Shown: positions 61,401-64,000 of the stretch, in pieces
How the letters are laid out: the number at the start of each line of letters is the position of its first letter
Position numbering within the stretch: the stretch's first letter is position 1
NCBI GenBank assembly: GCA_965178125.1
Contig: OZ237741.1
Location: 868,001-932,000 of the forward strand
Direction of reading: 5' to 3'
Length of the DNA: 64,000 bases
Origin: Bilabrum cf. latius
Lineage: Eukaryota
Translations under genes and position numbers: made by a program
Notes under the pieces: model-generated
Databases searched by the model: none
What the model was told of the DNA's origin: nothing
The model's input: the letters and a program-made list of their open reading frames with translations, nothing else

Positions 61401-63629
61401 ATCCCCGTAATGGATCTATCTGCTAATGCACACCAGAGCCCTGGCGGCTCCCCCGGATACGTGGACTACGCCTCATTTGCCCGAGTTGGCGTCAGCGAGG
61501 CAACGCATGACTCAGAGGACCCCTACGCTAGCTTCAGAACGGGCTACACGAGCAATCGATCCTTGGAGCAGAGCGGTCGTGAGCTGGGTGACGCCAACAG
61601 CAGCGACTCCGACGACTCGGAAGAGGAAGAAGAGGCTATGAAGGCCCGCGAATAGATGGGTAGTAGCCGGGTGGGGCAGCAGATCAACCAGCGGATCAGG
61701 CGAAAGATCATTGTGTTCGTCCTTGCTATCATCTTGCTCATCCCATTGCTAACATACGAGACTGGAAACGACACGCGCCGAATGCTGACTTCGCTGCGGC
61801 TGATCGAATCGGCGGGAGTAGCACCGGAATCGGTACCGCCAGCGGATCGCGCCGAGTCGTTCTACGGCGCCGAGAGCGCGCAGGCACTCCTGGTGCAAGA
61901 GTTTTTGGACGAGCACCCAAACACGATCCAGCTTCGAATCGCAGGGGCTACGTTTGGGGAGGCAGACCCGGATGATCCGTCCGTGCTCGTGCTGGAGAGC
62001 GACAAGATCAGCGTGCTGAGGTCCTCCGAGGTAGAGTTCCTCGTCAGCTCCAGGGGGTCCCAAATCCGGCTGGACATATCGAATCAGACAAGGACTGAGA
62101 GTATCTACGCGTTTGCACTTACGCAGGTCATCATCATCTTGCTTGGTGTCCAGGCTGGCCTCCTCCAGCAAGATGTAGACACTCTGCTGGTGCACCCGCT
62201 CGAGAGAATCAGCATGTACTTGCGGCCCATCATGCAGGATGCAATCTCCAACATCAGTGCGAAGAGGAGCGGGCAGGACCAGAGCAACATGCTGACAGGA
62301 CAGTCTACGTCGAAGGCGAAGGGCTGGCGAAAGATGCTGGGCCAGGACGATGGCGAGGAGATGAGCACCAAGCTCCTGCTGGCAGCGATCGAGTGCATGC
62401 GACGAGACCTGAGCGCCACGGCAAGGCGCAATTTCGCGAGAAAAGAGCTTATGTCGCACCTGAAGCAGGCCGACAAGACGAAGCGGGGCATCAGAAAGAG
62501 CATGGTCATGCTCAAAAAGGCGGGTCAGATGGATGAGGAGGGTGGCCTCAGGTTTGTGCCAGTAGCCGATGAAGACGATTTTCTCAGGGCGTATCGTCCG
62601 GGGCAGACGAACCAGGGGCGGCTGCTCAGGCCAGCGACCTCCATCATTCCGTACAGCAAGCTAACACGTGTACAGGAAGCCGACGAAGCTGCGGCCGATG
62701 AGGAGGAGGACGATGGGGAGGAGGGTGGCCATTCCTCCGAGAGGCACCTGAACGACGGAATGAAGACTGGTGACGGGCACAACAGCGACAGCGGTTCGCA
62801 CGGGACTGGCAGCGCTTCGGAAGAGCTTGACCTGGGTATTGGCAACCCTGTTGATGCGTGGTCTCCAGCCGCGACTGGAGGCATTAAGAGCATATCTCGA
62901 TCTGGTTCTGCAGCTGGGCAGGCGCCAGCAAGCGCTGCCGCGCCGCGAAATCCGTTTGCTATCGATCTGGATGCGCCTGGGGGCCAGGCACCACTCCTCG
63001 AAGAAGCAGATGTGGAGCAGGGCGGTGGTTCCACCCGAATGATGCAGAGCTAGGAGAGAAAGTCCACGTCGGCAGATGAGGACGGCAGCGGCAGCGGAGG
63101 CAAGGACGAGTTCGGGCTGCTGCCGCTTGAGGCCATGAAGCCACCGACAACTCTCACCAGAGGTGCATCGATGAGAAAGAAGAAAAAGACCGGCAACAGC
63201 AAGTCAAACGAACCGGAACTAACCCTTGGAATCATGTCTCCCTCCCAGCCAGACCCGGCGGGCACTTCGTCCTCGCGTCATCGACGAGGGCAGTCAGGCT
63301 TCACCGCTGGTGGATCGACAGGGTCGCAAGAGGACGGCGACAACGATGACCCCTTCGCGAAAACGATGGGAGCAGGCGGCGGCCTAGATTACACCAAGTT
63401 TGCGGAAGATCCTTTGCTCGCGCCCATTGCCGACGGGCCGACCCCATCCGGGTCGTAGTCCCGCGAGGGCTCCATGTTCGGGGGCTCGGGACGGAAGCTA
63501 GGCACGCTGTCCAGGTCCAGGAGTCGCGGACGGCGGCAGAGAAACAGCCGCAGGAGGATAACGAGGGGCTCCACAAGGGAGCTCGACGATGAGGAGAGGA
63601 TCAAGGTGGATGGGGATCCTGATGCTTGA
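55446..63629 (+). CDS. Voltage-sensor-domain membrane protein resembling the TM part of ion-channel/adenylyl-cyclase fusions, with very long disordered regions, ~2,727 aa
   Basis: One frame from ATG 55446 to TGA 63627-63629 through ~23 TAGs and no TAA/TGA. S1-S3 helices at ~56820-57090 (FYWFLDVAAALSLLLDV); S4 VRAGTRVGRILRLLRVLRLIRVY; later SRVGQQINQRIRRKIIVFVLAIILLIPLL and IIILLGVQAGLLQQDVDTLLVHPLERI. Start codon uncertain (56190 is an alternative). Confidence 0.75.
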
Positions 63630-63790
63630 TGAGAGGGTAGGGAGGCGGTGTTTACATCCAGGATACACCTCGCTGCGTCCGTCCTGTCCTGCCGCGCGGG
63701 ACACGCCGGTCGCGCTTCACGTCTCATATGGTAGTTTGATTTATATGCCAAGCTGTTTGTTCATCATTTTCGGATCTGCACAGGTGCTTG

Positions 63791-64000
63791 TCACGGCGAG
63801 CCATCCTCGCGTAGGGTCGCCATCCCACTGCGCAGCCTCGAGTTGGTCTGCTCCATCAGCTCGATGACGTCATCATCTCTCCCCGGAACCAGGGAAAAGT
63901 TCGCAGGAATTGTGGCCGACCGCTGGTAAAATTCCCAGCACCACACCAGCGCTGTCGTTATCCCGGTGCGCTTACTTGCATCACCAGGCAAAGCCGACGC
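63791..64000 (-). CDS. Possible 3' end of a gene extending beyond the window
   Basis: Frame open from the window edge to TGA at 63793-63791, convergent on the previous gene; no recognisable domain. Confidence 0.4.
   Translation of the reverse strand, partial: ASALPGDASKRTGITTALVWCWEFYQRSATIPANFSLVPGRDDDVIELMEQTNSRLRSGMATLREDGSP

Noticed and set aside
1-64000. Mass pseudogenisation, C-to-T hypermutation or sequencing error as the cause of the internal stops
   Set aside because: Such processes would also create TAA (from CAA) and TGA (from CGA/TGG) stops and frameshifts; none was seen in ~55 kb of coding frame, and housekeeping motifs are intact.
1-64000. TAG as pyrrolysine, Leu, or Trp via A-to-I editing
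   Set aside because: TAG aligns with CAG in 11 paralogue positions and with conserved Gln in the P5A and GH3 motifs. U-to-C mRNA editing cannot be excluded from DNA alone but is less parsimonious.
1-64000. Ciliate-type table 6 code (TAA and TAG both Gln)
   Set aside because: No in-frame TAA was found, and TAA closes three genes, including directly after the conserved PRCC KYGF terminus.

Overview
GC-rich eukaryotic (protist-like; by gene content possibly a heterotrophic stramenopile, which is inference) nuclear DNA, gene-dense, with short GT-AG introns clustered at gene 5' ends. The ORF track looks shattered because this genome appears to use a non-standard nuclear code in which TAG encodes glutamine while TAA and TGA remain stops. 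About 90 in-frame TAGs (hand count), and no in-frame TAA/TGA or frameshifts, fall in ten long genes. Eleven of them swap with CAG between two paralogues in the window, and others sit on conserved Gln positions of a P5A ATPase and a GH3 enzyme. Read with TAG=Gln the window holds: a TmcB-like PAS membrane protein (5' truncated); two ~4,570-aa lectin/sushi/cadherin/IPT/~9-TM surface proteins arranged as a ~15-kb inverted repeat with patchwork homogenisation; and, in the ~19-kb spacer, a CTL/SLC44 transporter, a GH3 glycosidase, an uncharacterised basic protein, a P5A ATPase, a PPR-like protein and a PRCC-like protein. After the second arm lies a ~2,700-aa voltage-sensor protein resembling ion-channel/adenylyl-cyclase fusions but with no visible cyclase domain. 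No rRNA, tRNA, CRISPR or mobile element was supported.
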